64,000 nucleotides of DNA, taken from assembly GCF_030684315.1 (NCBI RefSeq), contig NC_081388.1, positions 16,600,093 to 16,664,092 of the forward strand, given 5' to 3'. Numbering within the stretch: position 1 is the stretch's first letter; each line of letters opens with the position of its first letter. Both the position numbers and the translations under genes were made by a program. The stretch is from Stegostoma tigrinum (taxonomy: Eukaryota). The notes beneath the pieces were generated by a model. That model saw only the letters and a program-made list of their open reading frames with translations, did not search any database and was not told the DNA's origin. This document shows, in pieces, positions 39,051-51,913 of the stretch.

Positions 39051-40343
39051 CTAATGGTAAGAGTGTCCACAGGATGAAGATCTGGAGTGTTGGTTTCCAC
39101 AGCTGCAGGCTGCCGGTTGTGCTGCTGCACAGGTCATGGCTCCGGGAGCCTTCGGATTTCCACAGCTACAGAACGATTCATTAGCTTTCGAGCACTGATT
39201 GGAACTGGCTGAGCTTTCCTTCGGTTCTTTCCACTTGCAGCCTGCATCTGCCGGCTTCGAGTCTCGGCACGTACAAATCTTCTCTTCCTCTTTTGATTTC
39301 TCACAAGATTCTACTGGTTTCGCTTTCTCCTCTGGCCTTGGTTTGGTGCAAGCACTCTCTGCCGGTTTTGGCCGCTCTTCTTTAGCTTTCTCGGATTTTA
39401 GTTTCTCACATTCGGCTTTCTTCGCCTTTTCTTTCTCCTCTTGGGACTTTGGTTTCTCACATGAGTCTGCAGCTTTCTTGGCCTTTTCTTTCTCTTCCTT
39501 TTCCTTTTCCTCTTTCTCCTTCTCCTCTTGGGACTTTGGTTTTTCACAAGTTTCGTCTGCTTTTTTCTCTTCCCCAGAAGGGACTTCACAGCTCTCTCCC
39601 TCCTTCTTGGCAGCCTCGGCAGGTGCTTCTTCTTTCTTGGCTTCCTCAGGTGCTTCTTCTTTCTTGGCTTCCGCAGGTGCTTCTTCTTTCTTGGTTTCCA
39701 CAGGTGCTTCTTCTTTCTTGGCTTCCTCAGGTGCTTCTTCTTTCTTGGCTTCTGCAGGTGGTGCCTCTTCTGGGGCTGCTTCAAGTGGTGCCTCTTCTGG
39801 GGCTGCTTCAGGTGGTGCCTCTTCTGGGGCTGCTTTAGGTGGTGCCTCTTCTGGGGCTGCTTCAGGTGGTGCCTCTTCTGGGGCTGCTTCAGGTGGTGCC
39901 TCTTCTGGGGCTGCTTCAGGTGGTGCCTCTTCTGGGGCCGCTTCAGGTGGTGCTTCCCCTGGGGCCGCTTCAGGTGGTGCCTCTTCTGGGGCCGCTTCAG
40001 GTGGTGCCTCTTCTGGGGCCGCTTCAGGTGGTGCCTCTTCTGGGGCCGCTTCAGGTGGTGCCTCTTCTGGGGCTGCTTCAGGTGCCTCTTCAGGGGCTGG
40101 TTCTTCAGCTGGTGCCTCCTCCGGTGGCGCTTCAGGTGGTGCCTCTTGTGGAGCTGGTTCTTCAGGTGGTGCCTCCTCTGGTGGTGCTTCAGGTGGTGCC
40201 TCTTCTGGGGCCGGTTCTTCAGGTGGTGCCTCTTCTGGGGCTGGCTCTTCAGGTGGTGCCTCTTCTGGGGCTGGTTCTTCAGGTGGTGCCTCTTCTGGCT
40301 GCCCCTCTTCCGCAGGTGCTGCAGCTTGTTCGTCGTCTGCCAT
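39051..40343 (-). CDS. Uncharacterised intronless 430-aa protein: acidic Pro/Glu/Ala repeats, Lys/Glu repeats, Cys-rich C-terminus
   Basis: Strong Kozak GAAAATGG at 40343; ORF stays open through repetitive and non-repetitive parts; all repeat units are multiples of 3 nt; AATAAA (37437-37432) plus a GT-rich element downstream. Confidence 0.75.
   Translation of the reverse strand: MADDEQAAAPAEEGQPEEAPPEEPAPEEAPPEEPAPEEAPPEEPAPEEAPPEAPPEEAPPEEPAPQEAPPEAPPEEAPAEEPAPEEAPEAAPEEAPPEAAPEEAPPEAAPEEAPPEAAPEEAPPEAAPGEAPPEAAPEEAPPEAAPEEAPPEAAPEEAPPEAAPEEAPPKAAPEEAPPEAAPEEAPLEAAPEEAPPAEAKKEEAPEEAKKEEAPVETKKEEAPAEAKKEEAPEEAKKEEAPAEAAKKEGESCEVPSGEEKKADETCEKPKSQEEKEKEEKEKEEKEKAKKAADSCEKPKSQEEKEKAKKAECEKLKSEKAKEERPKPAESACTKPRPEEKAKPVESCEKSKEEEKICTCRDSKPADAGCKWKEPKESSASSNQCSKANESFCSCGNPKAPGAMTCAAAQPAACSCGNQHSRSSSCGHSYH
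39610..40300 (-). repeat. Coding minisatellite: 30-nt (EEPAPEEAPP), 12 x 27-nt (EAAPEEAPP) and 5 x 27-nt (xEAKKEEAP) units
   Basis: Units such as gcttcaggtggtgcctcttctggggct are directly visible. Confidence 0.95.
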
Positions 40344-41014
40344 TTTCACGAGAGTTGGTTGGCTTACAGCTGACACAGATCTTCATGCGTGAACATGGGC
40401 ACTGGCTGCTGGCAACTTGATGGACCGTTGGGGCATCACAATGAAGCTTAGCCCTTTTGTCACCTGATATACACCTTGTTCTGACTGTTGCGGGGGCTGG
40501 GGGAGGGGCTGTCCCAGTCCTGAAAGGTGGGGGAGGGGAGGAGGACAGGGAGGGGTGAAATAGATGTAACTACCTCCGTCTATTGCTGCTGAGGCCTGTT
40601 TTATTGACCCTTCCTCCCACCCCAGTTCCGAGCAGCTAAAGCACAAAGTGGGGGACTTGAAATCGGAATCTCCCTGAGCTCACTAGGTGATGCTTATTGC
40701 ACGGTGGCAGCATCATACACAACTTTGTTACTGGTTCCTTAGCAACCTTCTGTCTTGACACTCTGATTCTGAGATATACATACAGATCAATGACACTCAC
40801 TCTCATGTGACATTTTCAATTATCTTGTCTCTTGACCCCCTAGTCATCATTGGTTTCCCTTAATTATTGAAGATGGCCATTTCTTGCGTTCAAGTTGTTA
40901 TGGCTTCTAATGTGGCTGTGGAGCCAAGAATGAATTGTCTCATTACACTGCCCAGCTTTTCTATCTTGCTCGGAAAGAGGAGATTGTCATGATGTAGGGT
41001 TGACTTTCCTGCTC

Positions 41015-42925
41015 TCTTGGAAGCTTTGGAAGAATATCCGGAATGTAGAGCGAATCTGAAATGACGAATTAAGAGAGCTAAAAGGGGACATGAGATATCT
41101 TTAGCAAACTTGGTTAAGGAAAAGCCCAAAGCCTATTATTCATATATAAAGAGCAAGAGGGTAACTACAGAAAGGATTGGCCCACTTAAGGACAAAGAAG
41201 GAAAGTTATGCGCTGAGTCAGAGAAAATGCGTGGCATTCTTAACGAGTACAATGCATCGGTATTCACCAGGGAGAAGGACATGATGGATGTTGAGGTTAG
41301 GGACAGATGTTTGATTACTCAAGGTCAAATTGGTATAAAGGCATTAAGGTGGACAACTCCCCAGGTCCAGATGGGATCTATCCCAGGTTGTTGAGGAAAG
41401 TGAGAGAGGAAATAGCCGGGGCCTTAACAGATATCTTTGCCGCATCCTTAAACACAGATGAAGTCCCGGAGGACTGGAGAATTGATAATGTTGTCCCCTT
41501 GTTTAAGAAGGGCAGCAAGGATAATCCAGGTAATTATGGACCGGTGAGCCTGACATCAGTGGTAGGGAAGATGCTGGAGAAGATACTGAGGGATAGGATC
41601 TATTCCCATTTGGAAGAAAATAGGCTTATCGGTGATAGACAACATGGTTTTGTACAGGGAAGGTCATGTCTTACCAACTTAATAGAATTCTTTGAGGACG
41701 TGACAAAGTTGATTGATGAGGGAAGGGCTGTAGATGTCATATTCATGGACTTCAGTAAGGCGTTTGATAAGGTTCCCCATGGCTGGCTGATGGAGAAAGT
41801 GAAGTCACATGGGGTCCAGGGTGTGCTAGCTAGATGGATAAAAGACTGGCTAGGCAACAGGAGACAGAGAGTAGTAGTGGATGGGGGTTTCTCAAATTGG
41901 AGACCTGTGACCAGTGGTGTTCCACAGGGATCTGTGCTGGCACCCCTATTGTTTGTGATATATGTAAATGATCTGGAGGAAGGTGTAGGTGGTCTGATTA
42001 GCAAGTTTGCAGATGACACTAAGATTGGTGGAGTAGCAGATAGTGAAGGGGACTGTCAGAGATTACAGCAGAATATAGATAGAGGAGAGTTGGGCAGGTA
42101 AATGGCAGGTAGAGTTCAATCCGGACAAATGCGAGGTGATGCATTTTGGAAGATCTGATTCAAGAGCAAACTATACAGTAAATGGAAAAGTCCCAGGGTA
42201 AATTGATGAACAGAGAGATCTGGGTGTTCAGGTCCATTGTTCCCTGAAGGTGGCAATGCAGGTCAATAGAGTGATCAAGAAGGCATATGGCATGCTTTCC
42301 TTCATTGGGCGGGGTATTGAGTACAAGAGTTGGCAGGTCATGTTACAGTTGTATAAGACTTTGGTTCAGCCACGTTTGGAGTACTGTCTACAGTTCTAGT
42401 TACCACATTACCAAAAGGCTGTGGATGCTTTGAAGAGGGTGCAGAGGAGGTTCACCAGGATGTTGCCTGGAATGGACGGCGCTAGCCATGATGAAAGGTT
42501 GAGGAGATTAGGATTATTTTCATTAGGAAGACGGAGATTGAGGGGGGACCTGATTGAGGTCTACAAAATCATGAGGGGTATAGACAAGGTGGATAGCAAG
42601 AAGCTCTTTCCCAGAGTGGGGGACTCAATTACTAGGGGTCATGTGTTCAAAGTGAGAGGAGGGAAGTTTAAGGGAGATATGTGTGGAAAGTTCTTTACGC
42701 AGAGGGTGATGGGTGCCTGGAACGTGTTGCCAGCGGAGGTGGTAGACGCAGACACGATAGTGTCTTTTAAGGTGTATCTGGACAGGTACATGGATGGGCA
42801 GGGAGCAAAGGGCTACAGGCCCTTAGAAAATAGATTTAGACAGAGGATCTCAATTGATGCAGGCTTGGAGGGCCGAAGGGCCTGTTCCTGTGCTGTAACT
42901 TTCTTTGTTCTTTGGTCTTTGTTCT
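41015..42925 (+). mobile_element. 5'-truncated CR1-type LINE (RT domain), frameshifted
   Basis: [41 protein letters not shown]; tail ttctttgttctttg. Confidence 0.97.
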
Positions 42926-44356
42926 CCTCTGATGCTGCCTGACCTGCTATGTTCCTCCAGTTCCACAAAGTATTTTCTATCTTGCCCTCTATTCTTTGTA
43001 GCCTGAAGGAAACAATGCCATTACTGAAGATTGCTCGTTCTCCTGCATATCTCCATCAGGACATGATGAGAATGCCACATTTCTGGACATCTGTCTTCAA
43101 GGAGCCGTTGAATTTGAGCACATGACTACTTTAGGGTTTTCTCATTATTCATACATAACCACAAGTCCATTCAATCTGAAATGGGCTCTGATGAGTGCTT
43201 CAAGTCCAGATATTTCTTGGAAAATTTTGCAGGCCTATATGTAAAGAGCAGAAGAACAAATTGGATGATTGCTCAAGTACAATGGGCTGAATAGCCTCCT
43301 GTTCTCTATCAATTTCTGATTCAATGTCTTGCAGATATACAGGTGCACCTTAATTTTATTTATGAACATCTTGCATCACCTTCATTCACTCTGTGTTTCT
43401 GGTGTTGACAGATAAAATATGAAAACCAAGGGTTAATAAGAACCTTATGTGAAACCTCAGTAACTACATAGAGTGCTGAATTGGGTTCCATGCTGTAGGA
43501 AAATAAAGGCTTTAGAAAGGGCATAATGTAGACAAATGGGGATACTGTCTCGGAGAAGGAAAGATAACCATTAAATATGTTTTGAAAAATTGAAGCTTTT
43601 TCCTCTCGAAGAACACAAGTTGCAGAGTGGTATGTCAGAGTCATTCAATATGTAAATAGACCCTTCGTCCTGTCAGTCCATGATAAACTAAACTAGTTCC
43701 ACTTACCTTGGCCCATATCCCTCCAAACCTTTCTTATTCATATACTTATCCAAATGTCTTTTCAACGTTGTGACTGTCCTTGCATCTACTGCTTCCTCTG
43801 GAAGTTCATTCCACACACAAACCACACTCTCTGTGTAAAAAAAGTTGCCCCTATGATAGAAATGACATGATAGAAAAGATGGAACAGACTGTTTCTAGTT
43901 GTTGCAACTAGGTTGTAAAGAGAGGAAGCCATAAACATTAAATTAAGTAAATTAGATTTAAAACAGAGGGCAGGAAGAAATACTTTACATACTGAGTTGC
44001 TGGATTAATTTCCCAGTCAGCCCCAGTGGCAAATGCTAGACCTCCTTCCTGCAAAGGTCAACCCAGAGATGTGAGAAACAGAATGACTCCAGCCTAACAC
44101 TGTACTGAGAAAGCGCTATCGGAGGTGCTGCCATTCAAATTATTAAACTGAGGCTTTCCCTTCTCAAGTGGACATGCAAGATCCTGCAGGCACTCTTTCA
44201 TGAAAGAGTTACCACAGATTATCTGGCCACTATCAAATTGTTGCTTGCCGTGCCCAAATTGGCAGTCACATTTCCTACATTATGATAGTGAGTCTGAGAG
44301 TGCCACCAGATATGTTTGATTTGATTTATTATTGTCACAGTACAGTGAAAAGTTTT

Positions 44357-44534
44357 CAGAGATAATGGGAACTGCAGATGCTGGAGAAACCAAGATAAAG
44401 TGTGGGGCTGGATGAACACAGCAGGCTGAGCAGCATGTTAGGAGCACAAAAGCTGATGTTTCAGGCCTAGACCCTTCATCAGAAAACAGTTTTTCTGATG
44501 TGCCTGCTGTGTTCATCCAGCCCCACTGTTGTCT
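44357..44534. mobile_element. Partly palindromic Penelope-derived mini-element
   Basis: 16-bp TSD TACA(G/C)TGAAAAGTTTT (44341-44356, 44535-44550); same family as 1936-2141. Confidence 0.85.
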
Positions 44535-47500
44535 TACACTGAAAAGTTTTGTTTTGTGAGCAGTACAGGCAGACCATAGCAAACAAGGACATACAGATCA
44601 TCGGGTGCTGAGTCAGACTGAGGCATGCAAGGTTACAGCTGCAAAGCAAGATCAACAATATTTGAAATTATAGATACCCTGTGTGTGTGAAAGGCACTCA
44701 CATATAAATGCAGATCTTTCTGTCAAGACTTTCTTCGACACTTGAGACAGACAGTATTGTCAACATTCACTGTAATGGATAACTGGCTGAAAGCAACAGG
44801 GATAGAGAGATATGGGAAAAGGATGGGTAAATGCAATTAGACTTGCTTACTTAGAAGGAAGTTTAGGTTGTCACCCTGGTTTATCTTCTTTTTCTAGACC
44901 TGCAACCTCTTGATAATACTGCATTGTTAGAATTAACTGCACTGCCTGTGCACTTCTAACTTAATTGCTATACTGGCATACCACCAGCCATCTGGACCGA
45001 GATTTAAAATTCCTAAATCTCTCCATATCTTGGAGACCTGTCTGTCAACAGCTATTTGTATTTATTTCATGCCTTTAACAAAAAAAATGTATCCTCGGCA
45101 TAAGCATTATGAATCAAAATTGGAAACTGAGCCATGTAAAACAATATTTAGGCAGATGCCCGAAAGCTAGGTCAAAGATGTCGGCTTTAAAGAGGTGTCT
45201 TGACAAAGAAAAGAGGTAGAGAAGCAATTAAATAAATGGAAGAAATTCTAGAGTTTACTGCATAGCCAGTGACGACGTAGCTGCCAATGATGGAGCAGCT
45301 AAAATTGGAGATGCTAGAATTTGAAGAGCATGTATATCGCAGAGAGTTGTAGGTGTGGGGGAGATTACAGAGACAGGGAGATGTGGGGTCATGGAGAAGT
45401 TTGGGAAAAAGTACAGAAATTCTAAAATCAAAAGATTGCTTCAAGAGGAATGGGCACTATAGGTAAACAATCGTCCCTTTGAGATCCCACTTAAACCCAT
45501 CGACCTCCTAGTGACTTGTCCTAATACCTCCCTCGAGAGCTCAATGTCAATTTTTGTCCGAGCTACACTCCTGTGATGTGCCTCGGAATGCATTACTGTG
45601 TTGGAGGGGAAATATTGTTTTATATATATATGTCTATGGGTAACAGTCTGCTGTCACTTATTGTTGAAGTTCATTGTGAAAGATGACCCCTTGAATGAGG
45701 TGCAGCGGACAACCAATGACAGTGGAACCTATATATTTCCACTAAGTTGCTTGAAGAGAAGAAAAATAGACTTTGCACAGTAAATGTCAAATCTTATAAG
45801 TGCCACTTCTCAGTGTCTTTTCTGATCTGCTACTCTGTCACTGGCAGGTCAGTGATTTATCGAGAATAAGTTGTCAGTTCCTGTTGCAGTAGCAAAGTAA
45901 ATTATTTATAAGCCTGTTACACAATATTTTAGCTCTAGGTTAATTTCCACAGACGACTATTAGATCATGCTCTATCTAGTTCACAGTAAAGCTACTCCAT
46001 CTAAACGCTATTTTTGTTTGGAGTCCACAGGAGAGGGGCAAACAAAGGTGAAAGAGATTGTCCATCCCATGCATCTTGACAGATGTTTTAAACCTTTACA
46101 GGACCTCTCTATTCTTTTTGCCCAGTTTTCATTCCTTACCAGCTGTTCCTGGGCTATTGATGTTGGCAAACCTCATGTTACTTTGGTGCCACTGTCTGTG
46201 ACCTGTTCTTCTTTTAAACATCTTCACTCTTGGAGTTATGGGCTGCAGCAGTTCCACCACCTTCTCATGGGCAATGAGGGACAGCCAGCAGCGCCAACGT
46301 CCCACAAGTGAATAAACAAGAAAATCCTAAACAAGCTGAGCATTTACAGCCCTCCTTATTTATACTTGAAAAAATCAATGGTGACCCACTTTCTTGAAAG
46401 CCTGTGCTCCGCCTGGTGAGGATGCTCCCACAGCACTGTTCTGTGGGGATTTGATCCAGTGTCCGTAAAGGAACAGCCAAGTCAAGATAGTGAATTAGTT
46501 GGACGGAAACTTGGAGACGATCACATTCCCCATGAACCTGCTGGCATTGGCCTTTTAGATGGTGGAGATTGAGGGTTTGAACAACACTGTTGAAGAAGCC
46601 ATGGTGAATTGCTGCTGTGGATAGCACACACACTGTAGGTACATTACGCTACAACTGTGAGACCAGCAAATCACGAAACTCAATAAAGATGCAGCTTTTA
46701 TTAGAATTTTTCTTCAGGTCTTTGCTAATCTTTTTTTACTGTAGTTTACCTCATTAAGGAAATTCCAGTTAGGTGAGAACATTCCCATTTAATAATATTA
46801 CAGATAGTGGGACCAGCACTGAAATAGAAAGTGCCAGAAATCCAACTCCAATTGGTCTTATCAAAGGTACTTATATAACATACAATTCATTTTATTTTTC
46901 TTTGCAGTTCCAGGGATCTGAACAGAATGTCTTTGGGGAAGTTATGATGTTGCATGTTAAAGAATTAAAGAACCTTTCTGTATGGGAGGGACCCATTGTC
47001 CTATATCTGTACTGAGTCCCCTTTCACAACTCTTTCCACACAGCACTGAAACTTTTCAGTAATGTACGCAATTCTCTTTGTAAAAATACTTATTGAATCT
47101 GCCTCTACCAGCAAAACATACCGGATGCAAACAACTCACAACTCTAATGAATCATTTCCATGATTAATGTATCTCTGAGAACTCACAAAACGTTGTGAAA
47201 ATTGGTTTATTTGAAAGACTGCGAAGGTGTGGACATTTTTAAAAATGAGGTCACTAAGAGGGCATTTGGAACACTTTTCTTAAAAAAAGAAATCTACATG
47301 TTGTGACATGTCTCAATTAACCTGCTTGAACTTTACTGGAGATTACATGTTTGAGTTTATGGTTGTCGAGTTGTGGCAACATGATATTGTTTGGAGTTCA
47401 TTTGGTATGTGGCCTGATGAGACACATCACCTGACCCATCCTACTTTACTTTGAAAAATCTGAGAATCTAGTTTGAGAGCTGAGAGAACTCAGAAGGCAA

Positions 47501-48444
47501 ATCAGTTAATAACTCGTAGAAAACTGCAAGCGTTTCTGCTTTCTCTCACAGCAGAGTAACAATTTGCAACCTGAGCAGTTAATAATTCTAATTAGCAATA
47601 TCCTGAATATTATCAGTAGGCATTGCCCACCTCCACTTCCAAGAAGCTTCTTGAGGGTCCAATTCATTTCTTTGGTTCTTTTGCTACACCTACAGTCACT
47701 CATTACTGACTATTCTGAAAATGGAAAGAACTATTCCTCTAAAAGCCTTAATAATTTCAGACCTTTCCACTAAATCACTCTTTGGTCCAGCTGAACAAGT
47801 CCAGATTCTGCAGACCCTCCAACCTCAGGAATTCAGAAATTAAGACTATAACTGCTCAAAGATGTAATCATTAGACACTATATAAAGAGCAGCTTTTAAT
47901 TTCCTTTGTTTCACATCTACCTTTCTTGTGAACCTTGACAATATGTTTGACTTTGGACTGTTATCTCTAATTCTAGCTTCTTAATGATAAATGAGGTGGA
48001 CATTCTACTGTATTTGGGAGTTGGATTTCTGAAAAAAGGTCAAACTATTTTCTGTGGTGGTGAAAGATTTAGGATTGGAGCTCTATAGATGTGAAAATTG
48101 ATTATTTTCTGGAGTTAATCACTTGGTTTGAAAACCAGCTTCGCATCGATAGGCTGCATCTATTCATTTTCAAGGACAGGAGCCCAGACGTAACCTGATA
48201 TACACACACACTTTGCCTGCAATGAATTCTCTTTTGCCATTTCAATTTGCAAACTCCGTCTATTCTTTCATTCTCACGCTCTCAGATCTGTGAGACCAGC
48301 ACAAAAACAAGCTGTTTAAAATGAGAGAAGGCCAGTGATAGGGCAGACTATTTTCACCGGCAGATGAGTCCAGGGCAGAAGAAGTACAACTCAAAAGTTA
48401 GAGAGAGACACACAGGTGGGTGGGTGATATGTCAGGAAGTAGGA

Positions 48445-48965
48445 GCAAATTACCACAGATGTTGCAATCTGAACTGAAAACAAAAAGTGCTGGAGATCAC
48501 AGCAGGTCAGGCAGCATCCGTGGAGAGAGAGCAAGCTAACATTTCTAGTCTAGATGACTTTTCATCACAGGCAAAGTGAAGTGAGGAGGGAGTAGAATTT
48601 ATGCAATAGTTGGAGTTTTGGAGTTCTTTCCAATTTGGCAGTTGGACACACCATTGTTCTGCCACAAGTTGCAAGAACTTCAGATGCTGGAGTCAGAGAT
48701 AACAAAATGTGGAGCTGGAGGAATACAGCAGGCCAAGCAGCATCAGAGAAGCAGGGAAGTTAATGTTTCAGGTCGGGACCCTTCTTCAGAAATTTCTGCC
48801 GTTGTCCCATTCCGATCTCTTAATTTGGACTATCAACATCCCTTCTCACCCAACACTCCAAACCCCTCATTGACTATTGCATTAAATGTTGCCTCCTCCA
48901 CACTTCACATCAGCTCTGATAAAGAGTCCGAAATGTTAGTTTGCCTTCTGTCCGTGAACGCAGAA
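48445..48965. mobile_element. Older palindromic Penelope-derived element with a nested mini-element (48664-48793)
   Basis: Outer arms end in ...tcatcacag / cagctctgataaagagtccgaaatgttag; inner copy flanked by 7-bp TSD TTCTGCC. Confidence 0.7.
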
Positions 48966-51690
48966 CTGTATGACCCACTGAAGAGGATGAAGATTCAGAC
49001 AAAGGGTACTGCGGGTCTGAATCCTTCAGACTGAGAATATATATATGAAACATCGTAAATTTTACAATTAGTCTGAGACACCTTGGAATGCAACATGCTC
49101 ACTGGAAGAAACGTATATTTTATTAGCATTTTCCATAATGTCCAATTTGGAAAGTACTTTAAGACTTTTTAAAAAATTATCTGATATTTTTTCTAATCAA
49201 CCTGTTCAGAAGTAGGACTGGAGTAGGTGTGGCTTGAACCCAGGCCTCCCAGCCCAGGGATAGGGAGACTACCACTATGGCACAAGAACGCTCCATAATT
49301 TGTTTTTATTTAACGTGTTTTTCTAATTAACCTGTACAGAAGTGTTAATACACACCTCTGGAGTAGGTGTGGCTTGAACTCAGGCCTCCCGGTGCAGGCC
49401 GAGGGACTATTGTCTTTCTTTGCAAAAACAAACCTCTCCAAAAAGGTGCTGAGGCCAAAAATCAATTTCAGACTGCGATCCATCAGACCACAAGACAAAC
49501 AAGCAGAAGATGGCCATTCAGCCTATCAAAACTACGCTGCCATTCAATGCGATTTTATCTGAAAATCTCCAACTTCCTGCCTTTTCCCCATAACCCTTGA
49601 TTCCCTTATTGATTAAAAATCAATCTATTTCAGCCTTGTATATTCTTAATGAGCCAACCTCTGTAGCCTTTGTAGTAAAGAATTTCACTATCCTCTGAGC
49701 GAAAAATTTTCTCTTCATCTTCATCCTCAGTGATGATTCTGCTCTTGCTACTCACACCATCCCTGGACGCATCTGTTATTTCTTCAGTTAGTTGATTACC
49801 ACTCTCCTTTACAAACATACAAACAAGCATCCAACAGTAGGCCACTCAGACCTTCAAGCCCACTGGTCCAATCAATATGATCATGGCTAAACTGAATTTA
49901 ATCTCAACTTCTACATTCCTGTATTCCTGAAAATCTTTTGTTCCCTTGGAAATGTAGAATCTACTGACCTATACCTTAAAAATGTTTAAAGATTCTGCTT
50001 CCACTGCCTTTTGAGGAAGAGAATTCCAAACACTCACAGCACTCTGAGAGAAAAGAAATCTCTGACTTAAATGGGCATTCTCTTATTTTTAAACAATGAT
50101 CCTTAATTCTAGATTCTCCCACAAGAAGAAACATCCTTTCCACATTCACCTGGTCAAATCCACTCAGGATCTTTTATGTTTCAATCAAAGCACTTCAAAC
50201 TGTTCTGTTCTCTCCAGAGGATACAGGCTTAGCCTGTCTAGCCTTTCCTCTGAAGGCAATCCACTCATTCCGGGACACCAAAATTTCTTTTTCAGTAATT
50301 TTAATGTCTTCCTGTTTATCTTGTACCAGACTCCTTGTTCTTCCTCCCTCCCTTACTAGCTAAATAGCTGTAAGTCTCTTTTTCTGAAGCTCTTGACAAA
50401 AACATATCAGCCTCTAGCTCTTGTCCACCCTCCCAAGGTCTTTGTGTAAACTCATGTCCATTCTTGTCCATCAAGTCCAGGACTCCAGCAACATGATGCA
50501 CAGCAATAAGTGGTTTGGGATGGGATTGTTGGACAAAGAGGTTAAAGTAATATGCAGAAGTCGTAAGGGTGGAGTAAGGAGTAGCCACATAGGAGTTAGG
50601 GTCTGGAATGCACTGCCTGGATGCGTGAAGGCAGGTTCATTCAAGAGGGGCACTGGATGGTTATTTGGATAAAAATAAGGTGTGAGGCTAGGGGGCAAAA
50701 AGCAGGAGACTGGTATGAGGTAATGATGCTTATTTAATAAGGTGCAGGTGCAATGGCCAAATGGTCTCTTTCTGCACAGTAATGCTTCTGCAATGAAGCT
50801 AAGAGGCAATAACACTGACACCTTTCAGTTGGTCTTAATCCTTTGGAGAGCTCACAGACACCAACTCACAAAGAGGTTACAGGTCATAATGGGTTACTTG
50901 ATTTGCTGTGAGCATTTACACCATTTCCTGCTTTTGTTTCAGATTTCCAGCATCCACAGTGGTTCTCTGAAGGCACTGCTATTCTCTAAAGTAAATAGTC
51001 TCTCATTCATGGCTTTGTGAACAGGTTGGGGAAGATGACCAATGGTCATGTGAACCAACCATCGTTGTTAAGTCAGCACCTTTAAAGCTGGGGGCGGGGC
51101 TTGGGTGGGACAGGCAGGCAAAATAAAACTGCATTGTATGACCTGCTTATAAGCCAGTGAGTGCCACATTTAAAAAAAGGTGGAGATGTTGTTTATAAAC
51201 TGTTAAAGAACATGAAGGAGAGGAATTTCTTCTCTCTGAGGACAGTGAATCCGTGGAATTCTTTACTGCAGAGGGCTGTCGAGGCTGGGTCATTAACTCA
51301 ATTCAAGGTTGAGATAACAGATTATTTAATCAGTAAGGGAATAAAGGGTAATGAGAAAAAGGCAGGAAAGTAGAGCTGAGGATTGTCAGATCAGCCATGA
51401 TTTTATTGTTTGGTGGAGCAGACTTGATAGGCTGAATGGCCTAATTCCGCTCCTTTGATGGGTTTATATTGTGTTAATTCTCCCAGATGTTATTGCCTTG
51501 AGAGCCAGTGCACCATGTATCCTGTAACTTGATTGTGAGTTAGTGTTTGTGAACTCTGCAAACGATTAAGACAATCAGAAGGTTTCAGAGCTGTAGCTGC
51601 TCCCTAGCTCTCTGTAGTAATGTACCTTGTGTTGTTGTTCCTGAATATGATGGATCAGATTTGGTTCATATAAGAGATGCCTTTTGGTTT

Positions 51691-51913
51691 TAAAACCAAA
51701 ACAACTGCGGATGCTGTAAATCAGGAACTAAAACAAAGTTGCTGGAAAAGCTCAGCAGGTCTGGCAGCATCTGTGGAGGAGAAAACAGAGCTAACATTTT
51801 GGGTCCAGTGAGTTCTGATGAAGAGTCACTGGACCTGAAACATTAACTCTGCTTTCTCCTGCACAGATGCTGCCAGACCTGCTGAGCTTTTCCAGCAACT
51901 TTGTTTTTGTTTT
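51691..51913. mobile_element. Palindromic Penelope-derived mini-element with a decayed hammerhead
   Basis: About 82-bp inverted arms; 14-bp TSD ATGCCTTTTGGTTT; GAGTT-CTGATGA-A-GAGTC(ACTG)GACCT-GAAA-CATT-AACTC. Confidence 0.88.

Noticed and set aside
39755-40080. Regular 27-nt repeats as a CRISPR array
   Set aside because: Contiguous units with no unique spacers, in-frame coding, eukaryotic context, no cas genes.
39199-40420. Long + strand ORFs (GASSGAAS, RWCLFWG and LQVVPLLG repeats) overlapping the 430-aa ORF
   Set aside because: These are antisense shadows of a stop-free 27/30-nt minisatellite. They have non-ATG starts and no independent support.
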